DNA from: a bacterium
GTDB taxonomy: Bacteria > Patescibacteriota > Microgenomatia > Daviesbacterales > UBA10151
DNA: 20,837 nucleotides
Direction of reading: 5' to 3'
NCBI GenBank assembly: GCA_021786105.1
Contig: JAJYNW010000001.1
Coordinates: 1-20,837 of the forward strand
Position 1 is the stretch's first letter; each line of letters opens with the position of its first letter. This document shows, in pieces, positions 7,134-15,663 of this stretch. Both the position numbers and the translations under genes were made by a program. The notes beneath the pieces are model-generated. The model did not search any database. It saw only the letters and a list, made by a program, of their open reading frames with translations, and was not told where the DNA came from.

Positions 7134-9374
7134 ATGCCCAGAAAACCAAAGGACAAGGCTTATCTTAAACTAACTTCCAACCGCATTGCTCTCCTTTTGG
7201 TTAAATTTTTCCTGATTGAAATTGGCAAAATACCGCTCAGTCTAATCAGATTTGTTATATATAACAAAATTATATATTTTGCCCTTTCTAAACTGCACCT
7301 GGTACACCCTCGTCGCCCAGTTGGTCGTCCTAAAAAATTCCGCCTTGCCCCGAGGACTAAAATTACCCTGGCTTTATCCGTTTTTCTGATCTTCATTTTT
7401 TCCTATACCACCTTTTTGCTGACGGCAGCTTATCAGTTACCCACTCCCACCAGACTAATCTCTTCGGGTCAACCCCTTACCACCGAAATCTACGATCGGC
7501 ATGGCAACTTGCTTTACCGTATGTATGATGATAAAAACCGTACTTTAGCCAATCTTTCCGATATCTCCAAAGATTTGATCCATGCCACCCTGGCCGCGGA
7601 AGACCGGAATTTCTACCACCACGTTGGCATTGATATGGTGGCTATTATCCGGGCGCTTTACCACAACTGGAAAAATGGCAGCCAGGAAGGAGCCTCCACC
7701 ATTACACAACAACTGATCAAAAACTCCCTCCTCACTCCGGAAAGAACTTATACCCGTAAACTCAAAGAAATCATCCTGGCTTTGTGGGTGGAACGAATCT
7801 ATTCCAAGGACCAAATCCTGCAGATGTATTACAACGAAGCTCCATTCGGCGGGTCAATCATGGGGATTGCCGCAGCCTCCCAAACCTATTTTGGTAAATC
7901 GCCTTCTCAACTTGACTTGGCAGAAAGTGCTTATTTGGCCGGCTTGCCCGCCTCACCCACTCAATTTTCCCCTTATGGCTCCCAACCTTACCTGGCTAAA
8001 CTGCGGCAAAAAGACATTTTAGACAAAATGGTCGAGCAAAAATACATCACCAAAGCCAAAGCCACGGCAGCTTTTGCCGAAGACTTGAATATTAAACCCC
8101 TGGTTAACAACATCCATGCCCCGCATTTTGTATTTTATGTTAAGGAGCAGCTGGAACAAGAATTTGGACCACGGCTGGTTTCCCAGGGCGGCTTGAAGGT
8201 TTACACTACTTTGGATTTAGGACTGCAGGAACAGGTAGAAAAGATTGTCAAAACTGAAATAGACCAAGATAAATCTTTAAACGTCCAAAACGGCGCCGCA
8301 ATGGTTTTGGATGCAAAAACCGGGCAAATTCTAGCTATGGTCGGCTCCCGCGATTACCATTATCCTGAGTTTGGCAACTATAATGCTGCGGTGTCTCTGC
8401 GACAACCCGGCTCATCCATCAAACCAGTAACTTATGCGACGGCTTTTGCCAAAGGATTTAATCCCACTAGCATAATTTTAGATACACCGGTGACTTTCTC
8501 CGACGAATGGGGCAATGGTTATACACCGGTCAACTATGACGGCACCTTCCGTGGCCCGGTAACTTTACGCCAGGCTTTAGGCAGTTCCCTAAATATTCCG
8601 GCAGTTAAGCTGCTAGCCACCATCGGAATTGATTCGTTTGCCCAAACAGCCAGGGATTTAGGGATTACTACTATCGATAATCCAAGGCGTTATGGCCTGT
8701 CCTTAACCTTGGGTGGGGCGGCAGTCAGGATGATTGAAATGATAGGAGCTTATGGCACCTTTTCAGACGGCGGTACCCTGCACACCCCAACTGGAATCCT
8801 CAAAGTGACAGATTCCAATAATCATATTTTAGACGAGTACAAAGATTCTCCAAAACAAGTAATTTCACCGCAAATTGCTTACTTAATCACTAATATTTTA
8901 TCTGATGATAACGCCCGGAGTTTGGCTTTTGGTCCGCATTCCCTACTCTATATCCCGGGATTTGAAGTAGCGGTTAAAACCGGCACCTCAGACAACAAAA
9001 GGGATAACTGGACCTTCGGTTATACCCCTCAATACGTAGCTGGTGTTTGGGTGGGTAACCCGGATAACTCACCCATGAATCCAAAGCTGGCATCAGGTAT
9101 CACCGGCGCCGCCCCCATTTGGAACAAAATCATGCATACGCTGTTAGACGGCACCAAACCGCTGGCCTTCCAAAAACCAGAAGGGCTCACTGAAACTGTA
9201 GTCAACGGCAGGAAAGATCTGACCATTACGGAAAATCTTCCCAAGGCCATGGTGCGGGTCACCAAAAATGAAGATAAAATGGTTTTTTCAGATGCCTTTT
9301 CCAGTTATGCCACTGCTTCTGCCCAGCCAGCCCAACAGGCAGACCAGTCTAATCCAATACCACCCAGCCTCTGA
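7134..9374 (+). CDS. Class A penicillin-binding protein (transglycosylase/transpeptidase, PBP1A family)
   Basis: GT51 motifs AEDRNFYHHVGID, GASTITQQLIKN, RKLKE. Transpeptidase motifs SSIK (SxxK), SLN, KTGT. One TM anchor. Confidence 0.95.
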   Translation: MPRKPKDKAYLKLTSNRIALLLVKFFLIEIGKIPLSLIRFVIYNKIIYFALSKLHLVHPRRPVGRPKKFRLAPRTKITLALSVFLIFIFSYTTFLLTAAYQLPTPTRLISSGQPLTTEIYDRHGNLLYRMYDDKNRTLANLSDISKDLIHATLAAEDRNFYHHVGIDMVAIIRALYHNWKNGSQEGASTITQQLIKNSLLTPERTYTRKLKEIILALWVERIYSKDQILQMYYNEAPFGGSIMGIAAASQTYFGKSPSQLDLAESAYLAGLPASPTQFSPYGSQPYLAKLRQKDILDKMVEQKYITKAKATAAFAEDLNIKPLVNNIHAPHFVFYVKEQLEQEFGPRLVSQGGLKVYTTLDLGLQEQVEKIVKTEIDQDKSLNVQNGAAMVLDAKTGQILAMVGSRDYHYPEFGNYNAAVSLRQPGSSIKPVTYATAFAKGFNPTSIILDTPVTFSDEWGNGYTPVNYDGTFRGPVTLRQALGSSLNIPAVKLLATIGIDSFAQTARDLGITTIDNPRRYGLSLTLGGAAVRMIEMIGAYGTFSDGGTLHTPTGILKVTDSNNHILDEYKDSPKQVISPQIAYLITNILSDDNARSLAFGPHSLLYIPGFEVAVKTGTSDNKRDNWTFGYTPQYVAGVWVGNPDNSPMNPKLASGITGAAPIWNKIMHTLLDGTKPLAFQKPEGLTETVVNGRKDLTITENLPKAMVRVTKNEDKMVFSDAFSSYATASAQPAQQADQSNPIPPSL

Positions 9375-9741
9375 GATCCTTTTTGGGAAGCTTAATCGGC
9401 GAGGTAATAAAACGAGCAGAATCACCAATAAAGATCAGTGTACCAAAACGGGAGCTTTTTGCCTTGCTCCAATACTCTTCCTCAACCGCCAACTCTTTAC
9501 CGTACCTTTCTTCCAGATCAATAAAATCTGCTGAGTCGAGGTTATCAAAAAAGATCACTTTTTTTACTCTGAATTGTCCGATTATGTCTTTGCCGGATGG
9601 CTTTATATAAACTAAATCTCCGGAAGAAACTACCCCAAAAGGCGGATTTTTGGTCTTCGAGAAACGGGATTCAATGGTTTTTTTACCCAGGAGGATTTTT
9701 TCCCCTGCCTCCCCCTTAAAAATAGCTAAGTGCTTTTTCAT
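9349..9741 (-). CDS. ASCH/PUA-like domain protein
   Basis: ILLGKKTIESR matches the ASCH GxKxxExR motif, followed by GDLVYIK. Confidence 0.8.
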   Translation of the reverse strand: MKKHLAIFKGEAGEKILLGKKTIESRFSKTKNPPFGVVSSGDLVYIKPSGKDIIGQFRVKKVIFFDNLDSADFIDLEERYGKELAVEEEYWSKAKSSRFGTLIFIGDSARFITSPIKLPKKDLRGWVVLD

Positions 9742-9750
9742 AATCCACCC

Positions 9751-9779
9751 TTGAATTATAACACTAGCTTTGGTATACT
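9751..9779 (+). promoter_or_regulatory. Promoter of secE-nusG-rplK-rplA, overlapping the divergent ASCH gene promoter
   Basis: TTGAAT(9751-9756)-17 bp-TATACT(9774-9779) with TG extension. Minus-strand TGnTATAAT at 9763-9755. Confidence 0.6.
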
Positions 9780-9788
9780 TGACAAAGG

Positions 9789-9811
9789 TCCTCTATATTA
9801 GAGGATTTTTT
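9789..9811 (+). terminator. Terminator-like hairpin upstream of secE
   Basis: TCCTCTA-TAT-TAGAGGA followed by TTTTTT. Confidence 0.4.
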
Positions 9812-9824
9812 AGTATTTAACTTT

Positions 9825-10007
9825 ATGCCTAATATCTTTGTCTTTTTAAAGGAGGTTAGAGAAGAGTTAGGAAAAGTGACCTGGCCCAGCCGGGAACAAA
9901 CTATTCGCTACACCATTTTGGTAGTCATTGTGGCAGTAGCAGTCGGATTGTTCTTAGGCGGCTTGGATTATATTTTAACTGCCTTTACAGCATTTTTGCT
10001 TAAATAA
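9825..10007 (+). CDS. secE: Preprotein translocase subunit SecE
   Basis: FLKEVREELGKVTWPSREQT motif, a single TM helix, directly upstream of nusG. Confidence 0.96.
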   Translation: MPNIFVFLKEVREELGKVTWPSREQTIRYTILVVIVAVAVGLFLGGLDYILTAFTAFLLK

Positions 10008-10009
10008 TT

Positions 10010-10969
10010 ATGGACGATAATAACCAGAATCAAGAATTAAGAATCAAGAATCAAGGTGAACCAGAAAAACAAAATTCTGAGGTACCGACAAAGACTGAAC
10101 CAGAAACAAGTGGATCAGCAAATCAGCAAGAAGAAACTGGTGATGCTGCCATTCCGAGCGTCAGCGAAGAATCTCAAGATTTAAAAAACCAGAATGAATC
10201 TGGAGATCCTTCGGCTGCGCCTCAGAATAACAAAAATAAAACAGAATCTGAGGCTAATAAAGAAGAAGCCGAACAAAATGGTGTTTCGACCACTGACGAG
10301 CCGACTTCAGAAAAAACTCAAGACGACAAAAACGAAGAAACAGAAAAACCAGAAGAAACTAGCCAATCAGAAAAACAAGAGAACAAAACCGAAGATCAAG
10401 ACCAAAAACCAGGCGAACCAACTCCCCCTGCCAAACCTGACAATCCCAACGCCCGCTGGTATGTAGTCCATACCTATTCCGGTCACGAAAACAAAGTGGC
10501 CCACACTTTAAAGCAAAGAATTGAATCAGAGCACCTGGAAGACAAAATCCTGGAAGTTTTGGTGCCAATGCAGGAAAAAATTGAGATCAAGAGCGGCAAA
10601 AAGGTCAATGTCAAAGAAAAAATCTTTCCCGGCTACATTTTGGTAAAAATGGTGTTGGATGATAATTCCTGGCTGGCAGTCAGAACCACTCAGGGAGTAA
10701 CCTCTTTTGTCGGTATGGGCAACAAACCCACCCCGATTTCCGAGGCTGAAGTCCAAACCATTGTTAAATTTACCCAAGCCGAAGCTCCTATGTACAAGCA
10801 GGTCTTTTCTGCTAATGACACTGTTAAGATTGTGGATGGGCCTTTTGCTGACTTTATCGGTAAAATTGATTCGGTTGATGAAGAAAAAGGCAAAGTCAGA
10901 GTTTTGGTATCTATTTTCGGACGCGAAACACCTGTAGAATTAGACTTTCTTCAAATTAAGAAGATATAA
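10010..10969 (+). CDS. nusG: Transcription termination/antitermination factor NusG with ~145-aa acidic N-terminal extension
   Basis: NGN domain WYVVHTYSGHENKV...IFPGYILV and KOW domain VKIVDGPFADFIG...VSIFGRETPVELDF. Confidence 0.97.
   Translation: MDDNNQNQELRIKNQGEPEKQNSEVPTKTEPETSGSANQQEETGDAAIPSVSEESQDLKNQNESGDPSAAPQNNKNKTESEANKEEAEQNGVSTTDEPTSEKTQDDKNEETEKPEETSQSEKQENKTEDQDQKPGEPTPPAKPDNPNARWYVVHTYSGHENKVAHTLKQRIESEHLEDKILEVLVPMQEKIEIKSGKKVNVKEKIFPGYILVKMVLDDNSWLAVRTTQGVTSFVGMGNKPTPISEAEVQTIVKFTQAEAPMYKQVFSANDTVKIVDGPFADFIGKIDSVDEEKGKVRVLVSIFGRETPVELDFLQIKKI
10147..10232 (+). repeat. REP/RPE-like palindromic element in frame within the nusG extension
   Basis: Outer arms TGCCATTCCGAG/CTCAGAATAACA (9/12 complementary) and inner arms CGAAGAATCTC/GAGATCCTTCG (10/11). 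Confidence 0.7.
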
Positions 10970-10978
10970 CTTCAACCT

Positions 10979-11404
10979 ATGGCTAAAAAGATTAAAACAT
11001 TGATAAAATTGAATATTCCGGCTGGCGAGGCTACTCCGGCTCCCCCGGTTGGTCCAGCTTTAGGCCAGCATGGTTTGCCGATCATGGAGTTTGTCAAAGC
11101 TTTTAACGACAAAACTCAAGACAAAAAAGGCAATATTTTGCCGGTGGTTATCACAGTTTATGAAGACCGGACTTTTTCCTTTATCACCAAGGAGCCGCCT
11201 GTAGCGGAAATGATCAAAAAAGCCCTGAAATTGGAAAAAGGTTCTGCAACCGCTATGAAAGCACCGGTGGGAGAACTTTCCAAAATGCAAGTCAGACAAA
11301 TTGCCGAAGCTAAATTACCTGATTTAAACACTAAAAATGTGGAGGCTGCCATGAAAGTTGTCGAAGGCACAGCCAGAAGCATGGGGGTCAAAATAAGTGG
11401 GTAG
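10979..11404 (+). CDS. rplK: 50S ribosomal protein L11
   Basis: [35 protein letters not shown]. Confidence 0.98.
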   Translation: MAKKIKTLIKLNIPAGEATPAPPVGPALGQHGLPIMEFVKAFNDKTQDKKGNILPVVITVYEDRTFSFITKEPPVAEMIKKALKLEKGSATAMKAPVGELSKMQVRQIAEAKLPDLNTKNVEAAMKVVEGTARSMGVKISG

Positions 11405-12293
11405 ACCAAAAATAAAAATTATTGATGATTCGCAAATAGAATCTGAAGAAAAAAAGCAAAAAACCTCTAGGGAGGAAAAGCGAGCAAAGTCTGAGTCAGC
11501 CGAAGCAATCGGTGCAGTTGAGCACACCACCGAGCCCGAAGAATCAAATCAAGAGGAAGGCGCGAAACAAACCAGTAGCGAGCAAACCGGTAGTGCGAGC
11601 GGTGCTTCGCGACCAGACGAGCGAGCAAACGAGAAAAAAGCTCAAAAACCAGGTAAAGCCAAGCCAAGGAGCAAAAAATACCAAGAAATTGCCAAAGATT
11701 TGGACAGAAATAAAGCATATCCTTTAAACGAAGCAGTTGACACGGTTAAAAAATTGTCTTATTCTAAATTTGATGCCACCTTAGAGGCTCACATCAACAC
11801 CGCGCAAACGGGAATTCGTGGTTTAGTCTCCTTACCCTATGCGAAAGGTCGCCAGTTACGCATCCTGGCCTTCGGTAAAGGCGCTGATCAATCGGGCGCA
11901 AGTTTTGTTGGTTCTGAAGAAACCATTGAAGAAATAAACAAAGGTAAAATTAACTTTGACATAGCGGTTACCACCCCTGAATGGATGCCGAAATTAGCCA
12001 AAGTTGCCCGGATTTTAGGCCCCAGAGGTTTAATGCCTAATCCTAAAAACGGTACCATCACGGAAGATTTGAAAAAAGCCGTGGAAGGTTTCCAAGCGGG
12101 CAAAACTGAATATAAAACTGAGCCCAAAGCTCCGGTTCTCCATATTGCCCTGGGTAAGCTAAACCAACCCGATGAAGAATTAATAGCCAATGTTAAAGCC
12201 TTACTGCAAACTTTAGGAAAAACCAGGGTCAAAAAAGTTACCTTGGCTCCTACCATGGGACCGGGAGTAAAAGTAGATATTTCCTCAATCTAA
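11397..12293 (+). CDS. rplA: 50S ribosomal protein L1 with charged N-terminal extension
   Basis: [39 protein letters not shown] start overlaps the end of rplK. Confidence 0.97.
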   Translation: MGRPKIKIIDDSQIESEEKKQKTSREEKRAKSESAEAIGAVEHTTEPEESNQEEGAKQTSSEQTGSASGASRPDERANEKKAQKPGKAKPRSKKYQEIAKDLDRNKAYPLNEAVDTVKKLSYSKFDATLEAHINTAQTGIRGLVSLPYAKGRQLRILAFGKGADQSGASFVGSEETIEEINKGKINFDIAVTTPEWMPKLAKVARILGPRGLMPNPKNGTITEDLKKAVEGFQAGKTEYKTEPKAPVLHIALGKLNQPDEELIANVKALLQTLGKTRVKKVTLAPTMGPGVKVDISSI

Positions 12294-12814
12294 ACTTGGT
12301 CTTTACCTAGGATAACTAACAAATCTGCATCTTTGGGCTTAATTTCTCCTGCCGGTAAACTACTGACCTTAGCCTTCAAATCTTTAGCCAAAACATCTGC
12401 CACTTCTTTAGCTAAACCATTAACCACTACAATCAAAGTCTTATCATAGTTTGAACTTTCAGCGTTATCCTTTTTGATCACATTAATCCGATCAGATACT
12501 TTTTCGATTTCCGACTCCATCGTCTTGGTCAAGCCTACCTTGGAAGTACCATTTAACAAAACCACCTTCACCTCTGTTTTCCGGGAAGAGTCCAACGAGG
12601 CAGAGGAAGAAGCTAAACCAGCATTAACTGGATCTTCTTCTATTTTTTTTGTTTCCGCTTGGACTGCTCTTTTAACAGCAGAAAGGTCATCCTTAAGGGC
12701 CTGGAGTTCTTTTTGGGTTTGTTGATATTGACCATAATAGAAATACCCTACTCCTCCCAAACCAATAATGGCCAGAATAACAAAAACAAATAGCAGCTTT
12801 TGTATAATTTTCAT
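12290..12814 (-). CDS. Membrane-anchored LytR C-terminal domain protein
   Basis: N-terminal TM and coiled coil, then VVLLNGTSKVGL...DLLVILGKD (LytR_C signature). Confidence 0.85.
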   Translation of the reverse strand: MKIIQKLLFVFVILAIIGLGGVGYFYYGQYQQTQKELQALKDDLSAVKRAVQAETKKIEEDPVNAGLASSSASLDSSRKTEVKVVLLNGTSKVGLTKTMESEIEKVSDRINVIKKDNAESSNYDKTLIVVVNGLAKEVADVLAKDLKAKVSSLPAGEIKPKDADLLVILGKDQV

Positions 12815-12865
12815 CTTTTGGAAGATATCATACCGGAAGATTGTTTAGCAAGTGTCTAGATTTGG

Positions 12866-13861
12866 CTAATTCTTCTTTCTTAAAACTTTAAGAAGAGTTC
12901 CTATATTCATCTTCAGACTGTAAACAGAAATTAGCCCAAAGATTAACACAAAAACGGCTGAGGCAATATGAAATAAAACTGTCATGGCTGAAGCCAAATT
13001 TGACTGGATTCCAAACACACCTGACAAAATTAATAAACCGGAAGCCTCCGCTGAACCGACATATCCCGGGGCTGCCGGCACCAGATAAGTCAAAGCGGAC
13101 AAAAGCTGCCCTAAATACATCTTTAGAAAATTTTGGTTTGCCCCCAAGGCCATAAAGGCAAAATACCAAATTGCCGCATCAGCCGCATACGCCAAAATGG
13201 TAATCCCAATCATTAATCCTAAATCTTTCGGGTGCCTGTTTAGGATGGCGAATGACTCTAAAATGAAGTTACTAAACTTATCAAAATATATCTTAATGCT
13301 ATTAACTATTAACAGATGTTTCAAAAAATTGGATAAATTTTTGGCAAAATTTGATTTATAAACCGTCAAGTAGGTTAGCAGCAAGGCTAACGTTAGTATA
13401 ACAATTATAATCGTTATAAAATTTATACTAAGAGCGGTCGGAACAATGAAGAAAAGCGCAGTTGTTAAAAGTAAAACCGCCAGAAAATCAACAAACCTGT
13501 CTATGAATGTCCACACTACCGACTTCCCCAAGGGTAACTGATAATTGGTATTAAGGTAAACACCCTTAAGGATCTCCCCTGCCCGGATAGGTATGAAAAA
13601 GTTAAGCATCATTGCCGCCCCGTTTAGAAAGATCAAATCCAGAAGGCGGATTTTTTTAATCTCCGACAGAAAAATTTTAAACCTGACAGCCCGGGCCACT
13701 GGAGACAACAGCATAAAGAAAGCTGCCGGCACCAGATAAGCTAAATTTACCTTGGATAAGGTAGCAATAATCTGCGGCAGATTAACAAACCGGGACCAGA
13801 TAAAGATTAAAACAATACCCAGGATGGTGTTAAATATGATCTTAAACATCTTAGTTGCCAA
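12866..13861 (-). CDS. Lysylphosphatidylglycerol synthase TM / flippase-like membrane protein
   Basis: NFFIPIRAGEILK, DRFVDFL, PAAPGYVGSAE motifs in a multi-TM protein. Start may be ATG at 13849. Confidence 0.85.
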   Translation of the reverse strand: MATKMFKIIFNTILGIVLIFIWSRFVNLPQIIATLSKVNLAYLVPAAFFMLLSPVARAVRFKIFLSEIKKIRLLDLIFLNGAAMMLNFFIPIRAGEILKGVYLNTNYQLPLGKSVVWTFIDRFVDFLAVLLLTTALFFIVPTALSINFITIIIVILTLALLLTYLTVYKSNFAKNLSNFLKHLLIVNSIKIYFDKFSNFILESFAILNRHPKDLGLMIGITILAYAADAAIWYFAFMALGANQNFLKMYLGQLLSALTYLVPAAPGYVGSAEASGLLILSGVFGIQSNLASAMTVLFHIASAVFVLIFGLISVYSLKMNIGTLLKVLRKKN

Positions 13862-13889
13862 ATCCCATCAATTAAATATACACTATAGT

Positions 13890-13960
13890 TAGGTACTAGG
13901 GTATAGCCACTAGGGTCTAGTGAAATTTTTAAACCCTAACCCCTATACCCTAAACCCTAC
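13890..13960. repeat. 7-bp-periodic inverted repeat (TAGGGTN x5 / NACCCTA x4), intergenic
   Basis: TAG at 13890, 13897, 13904, 13911, 13918 and CTA at 13936, 13943, 13950, 13957. Confidence 0.8.
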
Positions 13961-13963
13961 CTT

Positions 13964-14842
13964 ATGTTTTCCACCTTCAGACAAAAACTAATTTTGGGCA
14001 TATATGTCTTTATTCTGCTGTCCATCCCCATCGGCGCCTATCTGGCCTCAGAATACCAAAACATCTCCGGCAGTGCCAAGGCGCAAAAACCTACCGTTGC
14101 GCCGCCTATTCAGATTCCACCTAAACCCTTTACTTCGCCCGCCAAGGGGTTACTGAACGCTTCTGCCGGCATGGCGGGAACCGATTCCGCCGCTTCACCT
14201 TCAGCTTTGTCTTCAACTACTGAGTCCACAATCGCCAACACCTATGGCCCGACACTATCCTTAAAAGCCAATCTTCAAGGCAGGCCGGCCAACAACCAAG
14301 CCACCAAGTTGTTCGTGGGCATCATGGATGGTGATTTAACCAGTAATCCCAAATTCCTCCTAAACTTTACTGTGGATTTACCCGCCTCCGGGGAGTATTC
14401 CGGCTTATCATTGGCTGGTTTAACCCCGGGATCCCGCTATACTGCCCTGCTAAAAGGCTCGGCCCAGATTGCCACTGCCTCGGCTTTTGTCATGTCCCCT
14501 AATGTCACCCATTTAAATGATGACCAACCCGTCAACCTGCTTTCCGGAGATTTAAATGATGATAATGTGGTCAATTCTGCTGATTATTCAATTGCCCAAA
14601 AAGCGCTGGGCACAAGCCCAAACTCTAACACCTGGAATGAAAATGCTGATTTAAACAAAGACAGCTTAATCAACGCCTTTGATTTGGCTATAATTTCCAA
14701 AAACATCGGCCAAGTTGGTGCTTCTGGAGCCTGGACTTCACCTATCCCTAAAGTCGCCTCCTCATCTGCCAGCCTAGCTGCGCCCCCTGTCGGCGGGCCA
14801 TTAGGCAGCACTAACGGCTATTGGGTGTGGGTACCCAAATAA
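13964..14842 (+). CDS. Membrane-anchored protein with type I dockerin-like domain
   Basis: N-terminal TM, Pro/Ser/Ala linker, and duplicated Ca-binding loops GDLNDDNVVNSADY and ADLNKDSLINAFDL. Confidence 0.85.
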   Translation: MFSTFRQKLILGIYVFILLSIPIGAYLASEYQNISGSAKAQKPTVAPPIQIPPKPFTSPAKGLLNASAGMAGTDSAASPSALSSTTESTIANTYGPTLSLKANLQGRPANNQATKLFVGIMDGDLTSNPKFLLNFTVDLPASGEYSGLSLAGLTPGSRYTALLKGSAQIATASAFVMSPNVTHLNDDQPVNLLSGDLNDDNVVNSADYSIAQKALGTSPNSNTWNENADLNKDSLINAFDLAIISKNIGQVGASGAWTSPIPKVASSSASLAAPPVGGPLGSTNGYWVWVPK

Positions 14843-14876
14843 CCTCACCCCATTTTGGTTATTATCCCATAGCTAC

Positions 14877-14905
14877 TTGACAAAAGCCTTATAGTCTGGT
14901 ATACT
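14877..14905 (+). promoter_or_regulatory. Near-consensus sigma70 promoter of the FN3 gene
   Basis: TTGACA(14877-14882)-17 bp-TATACT(14900-14905) with TG extension, ATG 8 nt downstream. Confidence 0.7.
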
Positions 14906-14913
14906 ATCGGACT

Positions 14914-15636
14914 ATGAAATCAAAAACAGCATTTTCAAGCCGAATTTTATCCTTAATTGGGTTGGTATTTTTAATGCAAATCACTGCTTCTTCAGTAATG
15001 GCTGATAACGATGGGAGTCCTATAACTAGCCCAATTACTGCTCCAATTACTGCTCCAATTGTCAACCCTACTCCTACCCCAGCTCCACAATCAAACAATA
15101 ACTCTTCATCTCAACCTTCAACAGGCGGACCTGCACAAGCCCCTGTTTGCGGTGACTCAAAACCGGTCAGCGCTCCTAAATTAGTCTATGCTGCCAATAC
15201 AGGCAGAAACGAAGTGACTTTAGTTTGGACCAAAGCCCTAAACCCGGTTAGCTATTACTTAGTAGCTTACGGAACAAAACCCGGTGCAATGGAATACGGC
15301 AACCCTAACGTCGGCGGCCCGGACACTATCAAATACACTATCAAGGGCTTAAATAACGGTAAAACTTACTACTTTAAAGTCAGGGCCGGAAATGGCTGCA
15401 TGCCCGGAGATTTCTCAAACGAGGTAGCTGTAAAAGTATCTGGTAATAATATTACTAACGAACCTGCAACTGGATTTAAAGCCGGAGTTTTAGGATCAAA
15501 CAAGCAAAAGGAAGCTTCTGACACAGCTGTTCCGTTTAAACCGATTACTTCTGCATCACCATCCCGTATCATAGTCAGTTCAGAAAGCTTTTTGACCAAA
15601 GTTGTTAAGTTCTTCACCAATATTTTCAAAAAATAA
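14914..15636 (+). CDS. Secreted fibronectin type III domain protein
   Basis: Signal peptide, (S/A)PIT tandem repeats, then VTLVW...YLVAYG...YTIKGLNNGKTYYFKVRAGN FN3 pattern. Confidence 0.88.
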   Translation: MKSKTAFSSRILSLIGLVFLMQITASSVMADNDGSPITSPITAPITAPIVNPTPTPAPQSNNNSSSQPSTGGPAQAPVCGDSKPVSAPKLVYAANTGRNEVTLVWTKALNPVSYYLVAYGTKPGAMEYGNPNVGGPDTIKYTIKGLNNGKTYYFKVRAGNGCMPGDFSNEVAVKVSGNNITNEPATGFKAGVLGSNKQKEASDTAVPFKPITSASPSRIIVSSESFLTKVVKFFTNIFKK

Positions 15637-15663
15637 TTACCCGATTTATAGTACACTAAAAGT

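Noticed and set aside
448-9750. tRNA-integrated genomic island or prophage
   Set aside because: No integrase or phage genes, and I found no duplicated tRNA 3' end near secE.
13931-13960. Telomere-like (CCCTAAA) repeats suggesting eukaryotic contamination
   Set aside because: Only four degenerate units, paired with an inverted arm between bacterial genes. They fit the local heptamer-hairpin class.
15017-15060. 12-bp tandem repeat as a mobile or phase-variable element
   Set aside because: It is codon-phased and encodes an ordinary (S/A)PIT linker.
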